Shown: positions 40,401-52,912, numbered from the stretch's first letter. The stretch: DNA of 64,000 nucleotides from an uncultured Spirochaetaceae bacterium (GCA_964458555.1 CAYWJH010000005.1:748-64747), one strand, 5' to 3'. Numbers and translations are program-made. The notes: generated by a model from the letters alone, not told the origin.

Positions 40401-42000
40401 TACTGTCGATGGGCGGGTTGGTGACCTGCGCGAACAGCTGCTTGAAGTAGTCGTACATCAGCCGCGGCTTGTCGCTGAGGACGGCGAGCGGCGTGTCGTT
40501 GCCCATGCTCCCGAGCGGCTCCTTGGCGTTCTCCGCCATCGGCCGCAGCACGATGTTCAGGTGCTCGAGCGTGTAGCCGAACATCCGCAGCCGTGGTACG
40601 AGCGTGTCGGCGTCGAGACCGTCTACCCGCTTCGCGGCGGGCATGTGATCGAGCCGCAGTCGCTGCTCGTCGAGCCACTCGCGGAAGGGGTGGCGCTCGG
40701 CGATACCGTTCTTCAGCTCGACGTCGTCGACGATCCTGCCCTGGTCGAAATCTACGAGGAACATCCGGCCGGGCTTGAGCCGGTCCTTGATCTTCACCTT
40801 CTCCGGGGGGAGGTCGAGCACGCCCACCTCGCTCGCCATGATGACCAGGTCGTCGTCGGTGACGTAGTAGCGGCTCGGGCGCAGTCCGTTGCGGTCGAGC
40901 ATCGCACCGATCACGTGTCCGTCGGTGAACGCAATCGACGCCGGCCCATCCCAGGGCTCCATCTGCGTGCTCATGAACTCGTACATCGCCGCGCCCACGT
41001 CGGGCATGTGCCGATGGTTCTGCCACGCCTCGGGAACCATCATCATGACCGCCTCGGGGAGCTCGCGTCCGGTCATGAGCAGGAGCTCGAGCGCGTTGTC
41101 GAAGTTGCCCGAGTCGGACTGGTCCGGCTCGATGACCGGAAACGACTTCGCGAGCTCGTCGCCGAAGAGCCTCGAGGAGAGCACACCCTCGCGCGCGGCC
41201 ATCTTGTTGATGTTGCCGCGCAGCGTGTTGATCTCGCCGTTGTGGCTCATGAAGCGCAGCGGCTGCGCACGGTCCCAGCTGGGAAAGGTGTTCGTGCTGA
41301 ACCGCGAGTGCACCATCGCGAGATGGCTCCTGAAGTCGGGGTCGTTGATATCCTCGAAGTACGCAAAGAGCTGCTCGGGCATGAGCATGCCCTTGTAGAC
41401 GATCACCCGCACCGAGAGGCTGCAGATGTAGAACGCGGCGTGCGGATCGCTCTCGCCTCCGTGCAGCTCGTGGGTCGCACGCTTGCGGATCACGTAGAGC
41501 ATGCGCTCGAAATCGTTGCTCGCCACGCCGTCGCCGGCGCCGACGAAGAGCTGCTTCATCGAAGGCTCGCTCTCGAGCGCGGTGGGACCGATCATACTGT
41601 TGTCGCGCGGAACGTCGCGCCAGCCGAGGACGCGCTGCCCCTGATCGGCGACGATCCGCTCGACGGCCGCGATACACGCGGTGCGATCCGCTTCGTCCTG
41701 CGGCAGGAAGACGATCCCGGCCGAATAGAGTCCACGCGGCGGCAGGGTGATTTTCAGATCGCTCGCCGCCACCTTCTCGAGGAACTCCTGCGGCAGCGTC
41801 GTGAGAATGCCGGCTCCGTCGCCCGAGTTCTTGTCGCTGCCGACCGCGCCGCGGTGCGTCATGTTCAGCAGCACCTCGCGCGCGTTGTCGATGATCCGCC
41901 GGCTCTGCTCTCCCTTGATATGCGCGACGAACCCGACCCCGCACGCGTCGTGCTCGAATCGCGGGTCGTAGAGTCCTGTTCGCCCGGGTCGTGCTTTCAT
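37465..42000 (-). CDS. gltB: Glutamate synthase large subunit
   Basis: 1511 aa. Ntn amidotransferase start ([11 protein letters not shown]), central, FMN and GXGXG domains. Confidence 0.97.
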
Positions 42001-42178
42001 CGCTCGCTCCTTACCCTGCAGGCTCGGTTCGCACCGCGGCTGTATACCGCGTGCATAAATATCGAGTCTGGAGCGATATTCTTACAAAGAACCCGGGAGA
42101 AGGTCAAGTACTACGCACTGGTAGGATGCAAATTCGTCATTCCTACGTACTCGTAGGCATATTGGTCAAAGTGACCCA

Positions 42179-43927
42179 CTACATGATCTCGAGGTACGGG
42201 ATGTTCAGCAGGCCGAGACCGTTCTTCAAGACGTGCAGAACACTCCGGGCGAGCACGAGTCGCGCCTGTCGCAGGTGCGGCTCGTCGGCCGTGAGAATCG
42301 GGTAGTCGTGATAGTAGCTCGAGAAGAGCTTCGCAACCTCGTACAGGTAGGTCGCGAGCACCGCCGGCGTGTACTCCGCGCCCGCCTGGCGCACCACCTC
42401 CGGGCAGCGACCGACGAGCCGCACGAGTTGCCACTCCGGCTCGGCCTCGAGCGCACCCCAGCGAACCCCCTCCGGATCCGAGCTCACCCCCCGTTCAGCG
42501 GCCTTGCGCAGCATGCTCGAGATCCGCGCGCACATGTACTGGAGGTAGGGACCGGTGTTCCCGGTGAACGAGAGCGACTCCTTCGGGTTGAAGATCATGT
42601 CCTTGCTCGGCGTCACCTGCAGCAGGTAGTAGTGCAGCGCGCCCACCGCGACCGCGTGGGCGGTCGCGTCTATGTCGCCGACCGCATCCTCACGCTCCTT
42701 GGACCGTATCTCCTCGGCGGCGAGCCCTTCGAGCTCGGCGATCAGATCGTCGGCGTCCACCACGGTCCCTTCCCTGCTCTTCATCTTGCCCTCGGGGAGG
42801 TTCACCATCCCGTAGGAGAGGTGGAACAGCTGCGAGGCCCACTCGTACCCGAGCTGCTCGAGCACGTAGAAGAGCACGCGGAAGTGGTAGTTCTGCTCGC
42901 TTCCCACCACGTAGATCATCCGGTCGAACGGCCAGTCGGCGTAGCGCGCGAGGACCGTTCCAATATCCTGCGTCAGGTAGACCGATGTCCCGTCGCCGCG
43001 CAGGAGAATCTTCTTGTCGAGGTTGATCGGCTCGAGATCGACCCAGACCGACCCGTCCTCCTCGCGGTAGAACGTCCCCTGCTCGAGGCCGCGTACTACT
43101 TCGGCCTTCCCGGAAGCGTACGTGTCGCTCTCGAAGTAGACCGCGTCGAACCGTATCCCAGTCGCCTCGTAGGTCTTCGAGATGCCCTCGATGACCCATT
43201 CGTTCATCGTCTTCCACAGGGCCACGACGTCCTCGTCACCGGCCTCCCACTTTCGCAGCATCTCGCGCGCCTGCGCCTCGGCGGTCGGCTCCTCCTTCGC
43301 CCACTCGTTGTAGCGGACGTAGTAGTCGCCCACGAGCCTGTCGCCCTTGACCCCCGCCTGCTCCGGCGTCTCCCCGTTCCCGAACTTCTGGTAGGCTATC
43401 ATCGACTTGCAGATGTGGATGCCGCGGTCGTTGATCAGGTTTACGCTGCGAACCTCGGCGCCGCACGCGGCGAGAATCCGCGACACGCTCTCGCCGAGCG
43501 CGTCGTTGCGCAGGTGCCCGAGGTGCAGCGGCTTGTTGGTGTTGGGCGAGGAAAACTCGATCGTGACCCGGTCGCCCGACAGGCTCGCGTTCCGTCCGTA
43601 CGCGTCGGCCTGCTCGAGAGCGTCGGTGACCACACGCGAGCTAACCTCGGCGCGCGGGTAGCGGACGTTGATGTACGGTCCTGCCACGGTCGCCTCGCCG
43701 AGCTCACCGTCGCCGAGCCGCGACGCCACCGCCTCCGCGATCGCCGCGGGGCTCTTGCGAAAGGCCCGCGCGAAGGGGAACAGAGGAAACGCGAGGTCAC
43801 CAAGCTCCGAGCTCGGGGGTGTCTCGGTGGGCAGATCGCTCTCGGGCAGATCGACACCCGTCTCCGCCGCTTCCTTTGCGAGCGCCGAGCGCACCGCATC
43901 GACCCACGCCTGCCTGTAGTCCTTCAT
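42179..43927 (-). CDS. argS: Arginine--tRNA ligase
   Basis: 582 aa. HIGH-type motif SPNTNKPLHLGHLRN, MSTR-like motif KMKSREG, DALR anticodon-binding C-terminus. Confidence 0.95.
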   Translation of the reverse strand: MKDYRQAWVDAVRSALAKEAAETGVDLPESDLPTETPPSSELGDLAFPLFPFARAFRKSPAAIAEAVASRLGDGELGEATVAGPYINVRYPRAEVSSRVVTDALEQADAYGRNASLSGDRVTIEFSSPNTNKPLHLGHLRNDALGESVSRILAACGAEVRSVNLINDRGIHICKSMIAYQKFGNGETPEQAGVKGDRLVGDYYVRYNEWAKEEPTAEAQAREMLRKWEAGDEDVVALWKTMNEWVIEGISKTYEATGIRFDAVYFESDTYASGKAEVVRGLEQGTFYREEDGSVWVDLEPINLDKKILLRGDGTSVYLTQDIGTVLARYADWPFDRMIYVVGSEQNYHFRVLFYVLEQLGYEWASQLFHLSYGMVNLPEGKMKSREGTVVDADDLIAELEGLAAEEIRSKEREDAVGDIDATAHAVAVGALHYYLLQVTPSKDMIFNPKESLSFTGNTGPYLQYMCARISSMLRKAAERGVSSDPEGVRWGALEAEPEWQLVRLVGRCPEVVRQAGAEYTPAVLATYLYEVAKLFSSYYHDYPILTADEPHLRQARLVLARSVLHVLKNGLGLLNIPYLEIM

Positions 43928-44697
43928 GCTTCATCCTCTTCGTCGGACGTTTCAGCCGGCCCGAGAAGCGCGAGCATCCCGGTGTACCGGTCGGCGCCTT
44001 CGCGCCTGAAGCTCCCGAGCCGGGACGTCGTATACGTGCAGTGATTCGCCACGCTGACCACCGGAATGCCCAGCTCGCGGGCGATCCCCGCGTTCGCGGC
44101 GCGCATATCAAGGTACGGCCGATCGTCGCGATAAACAACCGCGTCGGCGCCCCACGCGCGGTACTCACGAGCGCGCCCGTCGTCGACCGCGTACGCTTCC
44201 GCGCTGATGCACGGGCCGATCGTGAGCACGAGGTCGCCTGGCCGCGAGCCGAATTCGCGCGCGAGCCGTTCCACCGCCACGCGCAGGATTCCGGTCCCGC
44301 GCCACCCCGAATGCAGGAGCGCGTAGGCACCGGTCCTCGAGTCGGCAAGATACAGCGGAGCGCAATCGCCCACGCCCACGGCGAGAAACGGACCGCCCGG
44401 TCCTGAAACGATTCCGTCGCCCTCGACGCGGTCCTCTTCGGCGGCGGTGCTTCCCACGCGGACGAGCTCGGCGGCGTCGAGCACCCGCTTCGAATGTGTC
44501 TGGCGAACCATGCACACCGTCCGGGGGTCGATGCCCATCGCGTCGAGGAGCGCGAGACGGTTCTCGCGGCGTCGCATATCGCCGACCGTCCGCAGCGTCA
44601 GCCAGGCAGGGTGGACGAACGGTACGGTCACACGGCCCGACGCCTCGGCGGAATCGAGCGGCAGCTCGAGTGAGATTATGGAGGTGGGTTGACTCAC
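43924..44697 (-). CDS. pgeF: YfiH/PgeF family (laccase-domain) purine nucleoside phosphorylase / peptidoglycan editing factor
   Basis: Motifs QTHS, ADC(A)P and HSGWRGT are present. 257 aa. Confidence 0.85.
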   Translation of the reverse strand: MSQPTSIISLELPLDSAEASGRVTVPFVHPAWLTLRTVGDMRRRENRLALLDAMGIDPRTVCMVRQTHSKRVLDAAELVRVGSTAAEEDRVEGDGIVSGPGGPFLAVGVGDCAPLYLADSRTGAYALLHSGWRGTGILRVAVERLAREFGSRPGDLVLTIGPCISAEAYAVDDGRAREYRAWGADAVVYRDDRPYLDMRAANAGIARELGIPVVSVANHCTYTTSRLGSFRREGADRYTGMLALLGPAETSDEEDEA

Positions 44698-46463
44698 GCC
44701 GTGTCCATCGTCGACTCGAGGTTTTGCAGGTCGGACAGCACGTCGGCGGCGCCCTTCACCCGCACGTGCGCCTGCTCGAGCCGCTTCACGTACCCGTCTG
44801 GCGAACGGCCGCCGAGCTCGCCCAGGTTGCTCACCGTATCGTAGCGTCCGCCGACGGTGCCGTACAGCACGCCTTGAACGAGCTCGCCGAGCAGGCGAAG
44901 CGTCTCGACTGCGCGATGGAGCAGCGCCGACGCGTCACCGTCTATCGACGCGACGAGCGAGAGCCGGCGCTCGCGCGCTGCCTCTGCAGGCAAAGCGTCT
45001 TCGTCGGCCTGCCGCCACGCCATCCCCAGGTCTCCGGTCGGTCGCAAGCGGACCTCCAAGTTGGCGATATCGGTCTGCAGGCGCTCGAGCGCGCGCCAGG
45101 CGCGGTCCATGTCCGCGCGGTTGTCGGCCTTGTAGAACTCGCCCTCACGGTACAGCGCCCCGACCGGACCAGCGACGTCGTGGGGAAGGATCTCGTCTAC
45201 GAACACCTTCAAAAGCCCCATGGACAGGCCGTGGCGCGCGGATTGGTCGAGTCCGCTCGGAGGGTAGCCGGGGAATACGCCGACCGACTCGACCTCGAAG
45301 GCAGAGCGCGCCTGCGAGAGCAGCGACTCGACGCGCCGCCGGTACGCGTAGCGCAGGTGAGCCTCCTCGACACGGTCACGCCAGAACGCCTTCCACTGGT
45401 TGAACCAGTCCTCTCCTCCGCCGGGGGCGGTGGGCCGGAAATGGATGTTCGCGTGCGCGATGCGCACGAGGTCTACGAGCGGGTATCGCCGGCCGAACTC
45501 GCGGATCTGCTCGTAGGCCTCGGCAAAGCGGCTCACGTGCTCCCGGACCACGCGTTCCACCGTTTCGTCCTCGCCTTCGAGGCGGTCGCGCTCCTCGTAG
45601 AGCGCGAGCGCCTCGAAGAGGACCGGGCTCGGATCCTGGCGCAGCCCCTCGAAGATGCCGGCGAGCCGCGCGAGCTCGTCGACGATGCGCGAGACGGGGA
45701 CCGGAACCGGCTCGCCGCCCGGCGCGGGTTCGAAGGCGAGCCGAATGCGGTCGAAGGGAAACGCGCTGAGCAGCATCAGCTCGTGCAGCCCCCGCACGTC
45801 GGTGTAGATCTTCTGACGGATCGCCGGCGGCAGCGTGGACACCGCCTCCTCCACCTCGTTCAACGCCCGGCGCCTCACATCGGCTTCCTTGAGCTCGGGC
45901 TGCTCGGCGGCGATCGCGAAGGGATCGGTGTCGCGCTGAAGCCGCTCGTGCGCCTCCGGCGCGTGAAGGCTCGCGAGAAACGCGACGAAGGCGCGACGCT
46001 CGCGGCCCATCACCCGGGAGAGGATATCCGCGAAGCGTCGCGAGTACTCGGACAGACGCGTAAAATCTTCCACGGCGCCGGGTCGCAGGTGTTGCTGCAC
46101 GGAGTCGAAACCGTGCGGGAGTCGGGCGTTCACGGTGCGACCGAGGTCGCGCAGAAGATAGCTCTCCACGACCGACAGCAGCTCCCTGCCGGTGAAGAAC
46201 GCGATGACGATCACGACGAGTCGGCGCACGAGACCCATCCGCCCGAAGCGTTCCTCGAGGTCGACCGTCGCGTACTCGTCGGGCGTTTCATCGGGCTCGA
46301 TCACCTTCACCGACGAGGCGATTCGCTGCAGCATGTCGCGCCGCTCGTTCGTCGAGAGCCCCGCCACGAGCTTGTCGAAGACGCTGTACTCAGCCACGGC
46401 TTCATCGTAGACGCGGTCGCGAGGTCGGTCAACGTCCAATTTCCTGCCCGTTCCGCTTGACAA
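44694..46463 (-). CDS. Conserved hypothetical protein (589 aa, largely helical); start codon uncertain
   Basis: High GC3 throughout and a 4-nt overlap with pgeF. No catalytic motif recognised. The annotated TTG start overlaps the -35 element of the divergent cimA leader promoter. Confidence 0.7.
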   Translation of the reverse strand: MSSGTGRKLDVDRPRDRVYDEAVAEYSVFDKLVAGLSTNERRDMLQRIASSVKVIEPDETPDEYATVDLEERFGRMGLVRRLVVIVIAFFTGRELLSVVESYLLRDLGRTVNARLPHGFDSVQQHLRPGAVEDFTRLSEYSRRFADILSRVMGRERRAFVAFLASLHAPEAHERLQRDTDPFAIAAEQPELKEADVRRRALNEVEEAVSTLPPAIRQKIYTDVRGLHELMLLSAFPFDRIRLAFEPAPGGEPVPVPVSRIVDELARLAGIFEGLRQDPSPVLFEALALYEERDRLEGEDETVERVVREHVSRFAEAYEQIREFGRRYPLVDLVRIAHANIHFRPTAPGGGEDWFNQWKAFWRDRVEEAHLRYAYRRRVESLLSQARSAFEVESVGVFPGYPPSGLDQSARHGLSMGLLKVFVDEILPHDVAGPVGALYREGEFYKADNRADMDRAWRALERLQTDIANLEVRLRPTGDLGMAWRQADEDALPAEAARERRLSLVASIDGDASALLHRAVETLRLLGELVQGVLYGTVGGRYDTVSNLGELGGRSPDGYVKRLEQAHVRVKGAADVLSDLQNLESTMDTA

Positions 46464-46485
46464 ATACCCCCAGCAGGCCGACTAT
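46457..46485 (+). promoter_or_regulatory. Candidate sigma70 promoter of the cimA leader (TTGACA-N17-GACTAT)
   Basis: Perfect -35 element but a weak -10 element. The predicted TSS falls at about 46491-46493, at the leader ATG, so the leader peptide mRNA may be leaderless. Confidence 0.35.
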
Positions 46486-46492
46486 AGGCGCA

Positions 46493-46567
46493 ATGAGTTG
46501 CACGCTCGCGCGCATCGCAATCGGTATTCTCATTATTGACGGACACCGAAGACCGCGGGACGTGTGA
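46493..46567 (+). CDS. Ile-rich leader peptide (24 aa: MSCTLARIAIGILIIDGHRRPRDV)
   Basis: Five Ile codons within 8 positions (atc gca atc ggt att ctc att att). A TGA stop lies 21 nt before the terminator stem and 70 nt before cimA. Confidence 0.55.
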   Translation: MSCTLARIAIGILIIDGHRRPRDV

Positions 46568-46587
46568 GCCTACGCCTGAGAGCACGG

Positions 46588-46618
46588 CCGTCTTCCCGCG
46601 GGAAGGCGGTTTTTTTTT
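46588..46618 (+). terminator. Attenuator terminator in the cimA 5' leader
   Basis: CCGTCTTCC-CGCG-GGAAGGCGG (9 bp including one G-U pair) is followed by T9. It lies 18 nt upstream of the cimA ATG and directly before its GAGGAGG RBS. Confidence 0.8.
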
Positions 46619-46636
46619 GGCCCGAGGAGGAGCACG

Positions 46637-48226
46637 ATGGCCGACAAGGAACTCTACGTATTCGACACGACGCTGCGCGACGGCATGCAGGGGCTGGAGA
46701 TCAACTTCACCCTCGAGGACAAGCTGCAGATTGCCGCGGCGCTCGACGAGATGAAGATCGACTTCATCGAGGGAGGCTTTCCCCTCTCGAACGAGAAGGA
46801 GGCCGGCTTCTTCCGAGAAGTGAAGAAGATGTCGTTCTCGCACTCGATGGTCTGCGCCTTCGGCTCTACGAGACGCGCCGGCGCGAGCGCCGATCGCGAT
46901 CCGCACATCACCGCGCTGCTCGAAGCGGAGACCCCCGGCGTCGTCGTCGTGGGAAAGACGTGGCTCGCTCACGTCGAGAAGGTGCTCGGGACCGACGAAG
47001 AGGAGAACCTGCGCATGATCGCCGACTCGATCGAGACGCTCAAGAAGCAGGGGCGCCACGTCATCTTCGACCTCGAGCACTTCTTCGACGGGTACGAGGA
47101 CAACCCCGAATACGCGCTGCGCGTGCTGCGAGCCGGGAGCGATGCCGGAGCGGACACGCTCTGCCTCTGCGACACGAACGGGGGCACCCTTCCCTCCGTG
47201 GTCACCCGAATCGTCGCGGAGCTTCCGCAGGAGAGCCTCGCGGCGCTCGGCGGCCACTTCCACAACGACGCGGGAACCGCGGTCGCGAACTCGCTCGCCG
47301 CGCTCGAATCGGGCGCCGTGCAGGTGCAGGGCACGATCAACGGCTGGGGCGAGCGCTGCGGCAACGCGAACCTCTGCGCGTTCATCCCGAACGCCGTCGT
47401 CAAACTCGGTTACGAGCCCGCGTGCGCCGAACGGCTCTCGCACCTCACCTCGCTCAGCCGCTTCGTCGCCGAGAAGGCGAATGTGATCCCCGACAAGCGC
47501 CAGCCCTACGTAGGCACCGCCGCCTTCAGCCACAAGGCGGGCCAGCACGCGGACGTCCTCGCAAAGGCCGACTACCTCATGGAGCACATCGACTCGTCGC
47601 TCGTGGGCAACGAGCGTCGCATCCTCTTAAGCGAGCTCGCCGGCAAGAGCACGGTGGTGGAGAAGCTCGCGAAATACGGGAGCTTCACGAAGAACGACGC
47701 GGTCGTGGGAGAGCTCATCTCGGTCCTCAAGGAGAAGGAGCGGCTCGGCTACGAGTACGAGGCCGCGGAGGCGAGCTTCGACCTCCTCGTCCGCCGCGCG
47801 CTCGGCCGCTACCAACCCATTCTCAAGATCAGGAATTACCATCTCGAGAGTTACAAGGCGTCCGAGTCGCCGTCGAAGACGGTGGGACGGATCTTCATGG
47901 AGGCCAACGGACGCGACCTCATGGGCGCCGCCGTGGGCGTGGGCCCCGTCGAGACACTCGATGCGGCGGTCCGCGACGCGCTCGCGAGCGACTACCCGTT
48001 CATCGGCAAGATCAGCCTCACCGACTATCGGGTACGCGTGCTCAACCCCGAGCGCGCGTCGGCGGCGCGCGTGCGCGTGTTCATCACCTCGACCGACCAC
48101 GAGAACCGGACGTGGGACACCGTGGGAGTGCACGAGAACATCGTAGAGGCGAGCTGGGAGGCGCTGGTGGACAGCCTCGAGTACTACTACAACGAATGCG
48201 TGCTCGAGTCCGACGAGCGCGCGTAG
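46637..48226 (+). CDS. cimA: (R)-citramalate synthase (LeuA/HMGL-like family, CimA type with a LeuA_dimer regulatory domain)
   Basis: 529 aa. LYVFDTTLRDGMQG start, HMGL-like barrel (HFHNDAGTAVANSLAA) and a C-terminal allosteric domain. The length and N-terminus fit the Geobacter-type CimA clade rather than LeuA (from memory). Confidence 0.8.
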   Translation: MADKELYVFDTTLRDGMQGLEINFTLEDKLQIAAALDEMKIDFIEGGFPLSNEKEAGFFREVKKMSFSHSMVCAFGSTRRAGASADRDPHITALLEAETPGVVVVGKTWLAHVEKVLGTDEEENLRMIADSIETLKKQGRHVIFDLEHFFDGYEDNPEYALRVLRAGSDAGADTLCLCDTNGGTLPSVVTRIVAELPQESLAALGGHFHNDAGTAVANSLAALESGAVQVQGTINGWGERCGNANLCAFIPNAVVKLGYEPACAERLSHLTSLSRFVAEKANVIPDKRQPYVGTAAFSHKAGQHADVLAKADYLMEHIDSSLVGNERRILLSELAGKSTVVEKLAKYGSFTKNDAVVGELISVLKEKERLGYEYEAAEASFDLLVRRALGRYQPILKIRNYHLESYKASESPSKTVGRIFMEANGRDLMGAAVGVGPVETLDAAVRDALASDYPFIGKISLTDYRVRVLNPERASAARVRVFITSTDHENRTWDTVGVHENIVEASWEALVDSLEYYYNECVLESDERA

Positions 48227-48241
48227 CCGCGGCGCCCGCGC

Positions 48242-51484
<3,243 letters not shown>

Positions 51485-51486
51485 GG

Positions 51487-52653
51487 CTACCTCAGGTTTT
51501 CCAGGAATGCACCGAAGATCCAGCGCGAGTCGTTCGGGCCCGGGGCCGATTCGGGGTGGAACTGCGCCGTACGGATCCTCAGATCGTCGAGGATGATACC
51601 CTCCACGCTGCGGTCGTTGGCGTTGCGGAACCAGACCTCGCACCCCTCGGGCAGCGTTTGCTCGTCGACGGCGAAGCCATGGTTCTGGCTCGTAACGAAC
51701 ACGCGCTTCGTCCGCTCGTCGCGCACCGGATGGTTCACGCCGTGGTGACCGAATTTCATCTTGTACGTCTTCGCGCCGAGCGCTGCAGCGATGAGCTGGT
51801 GTCCGAGGCAGATCCCGAGCACCGGCCGCTTGCCGATCGACTCCTTGATCAACCTCACCTGGCGCTCGAGCACCGCAGGGTCTCCCGGACCGTTGGAAAC
51901 GAACAGCGCGTCGGCCGCGGCTGCCTCGACCATCGCCTCGTCGGCGGTGCTCGGCAGGAGCGTTACCTTGCAGCCGAGCCCCGTGAGCCGGCGAACGATG
52001 TTCGCCTTGCTGCCGCAGTCGAGCAGCGCGATATGCGGCGAGCCCGACTCGTTCACGACGATCGTCTCGTCGCTTCCCACCTCGCCGATGAGGTCGCGAC
52101 CTTCCATCTCCGGGAACGCCGCGAGCGCGGCCTTCACGCGCGCGAGCTCGGGCTCGGTGAGCGCGTCGCCGGACGACGGGCGGACGATGACGCCGTTCGT
52201 CGAACCCTCGTCGCGCAGCCGCAGCGTGAGCGCGCGCGTGTCGATGCCGGTGATCCCCGGCGTCTCGTTATCGTTGAGAAACGCCTGGAGCGTCTGGCGC
52301 CCGTCGGGTACCGGTCCCTCGTAGAGCGAACGGACGATGAAGCCGGCGGGCTCGATTCCCGACCGGGCCGGCCGGCCCGCCTCTGCCTGCCCGGGGCCGA
52401 TCTCGCTCCACTCGGGATCGCAGCCGTAGTTCCCTATGTGCGGATAGGTCATAGCAACGAGCTGGCCGGTATACGATGGGTCGGTCAGCACCTCGTAGTA
52501 CCCGCTCATCGCGGTGTTGAACACCACCTCGCCGATCGCCTTGGGCGCGGTCGCCTCGAGCGCGATTTCCGCGACGGTCGGGGCGGGATAGCCGAAGCTC
52601 CGACCCGTGAACTGGGTGCCGTCGGACAGCACCAGGATGCACGTCTCTCTCAT
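51487..52653 (-). CDS. carA: Carbamoyl-phosphate synthase small (glutaminase) subunit
   Basis: [21 protein letters not shown] aligns with the usual CarA N-terminus. GATase triad context GICLGHQL. An upstream ATG at 52680 directly abuts the terminator T tract. Confidence 0.93.
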   Translation of the reverse strand: MRETCILVLSDGTQFTGRSFGYPAPTVAEIALEATAPKAIGEVVFNTAMSGYYEVLTDPSYTGQLVAMTYPHIGNYGCDPEWSEIGPGQAEAGRPARSGIEPAGFIVRSLYEGPVPDGRQTLQAFLNDNETPGITGIDTRALTLRLRDEGSTNGVIVRPSSGDALTEPELARVKAALAAFPEMEGRDLIGEVGSDETIVVNESGSPHIALLDCGSKANIVRRLTGLGCKVTLLPSTADEAMVEAAAADALFVSNGPGDPAVLERQVRLIKESIGKRPVLGICLGHQLIAAALGAKTYKMKFGHHGVNHPVRDERTKRVFVTSQNHGFAVDEQTLPEGCEVWFRNANDRSVEGIILDDLRIRTAQFHPESAPGPNDSRWIFGAFLENLR

Positions 52654-52680
52654 AGCGTCCCCGTGTCCGTGTCCGGACAT

Positions 52681-52704
52681 AAAAACGGCCGGCTGTGCCG
52701 GCCG
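52681..52704 (-). terminator. Rho-independent terminator after tRNA-Glu
   Basis: On the minus strand CGGCCGGC-ACA-GCCGGCCG (8 bp) is followed by TTTTT. The T tract ends at the first in-frame ATG of the carA ORF. Confidence 0.75.
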
Positions 52705-52719
52705 GCCGGATTGCTCCGT

Positions 52720-52791
52720 TACCCCCTAGCGGAATCGAACCGCTCTTTGAAGACTGAGAATCTTCCGTCCTAGCCGATAGACGAAGGGGGC
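52720..52791 (-). tRNA. tRNA-Glu (anticodon CTC)
   Basis: Manual cloverleaf: GCCCCCT/AGGGGGT acceptor stem (G1-U72), anticodon loop TTCTCAG, T-loop TTCGATT. 72 nt. Confidence 0.85.
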
Positions 52792-52799
52792 ATCTATCG

Positions 52800-52870
52800 C
52801 TTCCCGGGGAGGACTCGAACCCCCACTAGCAGAACCAGAATCTGCGGTGCTACCATTACACAACCGGGAA
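52800..52870 (-). tRNA. tRNA-Gln (anticodon CTG)
   Basis: Manual cloverleaf: TTCCCGG/CCGGGAA acceptor stem (the U1-A72 pair typical of bacterial tRNA-Gln), anticodon loop TTCTGGT, T-loop TTCGAGT. 71 nt. Confidence 0.85.
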
Positions 52871-52883
52871 TCAAGTTCATGGT

Positions 52884-52912
52884 ACAATACTAATCGCACC
52901 CCCGTGTGTCAA
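52884..52912 (-). promoter_or_regulatory. Sigma70 promoter of the tRNA-Gln/Glu operon (TTGACA-N17-TATTGT)
   Basis: Read on the minus strand. The -10 element ends 13 nt upstream of the tRNA-Gln 5' end. Confidence 0.65.

Noticed and set aside
39001-42156. Very long ORFs antisense to real genes. Examples are 39001-42156 (1051 aa, opposite gltB), 19007-21262 (opposite lepA), 22657-24774, 26804-28825 (opposite ftsH), 4903-6927, 13639-15381, 16396-17883, 61161-62279 and 61942-63516.
   Set aside because: Their translations are Arg/Ala/Gly/Pro-rich and low in complexity, with no recognisable motifs. Each lies opposite a gene with unmistakable family signatures. Such stop-free antisense frames are expected at about 65% GC.
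42001-42178. The gltB 5' region, examined for a sigma54 promoter, riboswitch or leader.
   Set aside because: I found only a weak sigma70 candidate (TTGACC-N17-TAAGAAT), an 8-bp bulged hairpin (GCACGCGG...CCGCGGTGC) and a 6-bp hairpin after argS. There is no GG-N10-GC element with correct spacing and no recognisable riboswitch core.
46610-46618. T9 homopolymer, considered as a possible phase-variation or slippage tract upstream of cimA.
   Set aside because: It directly follows a 9-bp GC-rich hairpin and lies outside any coding frame. A terminator U tract is the simpler reading.
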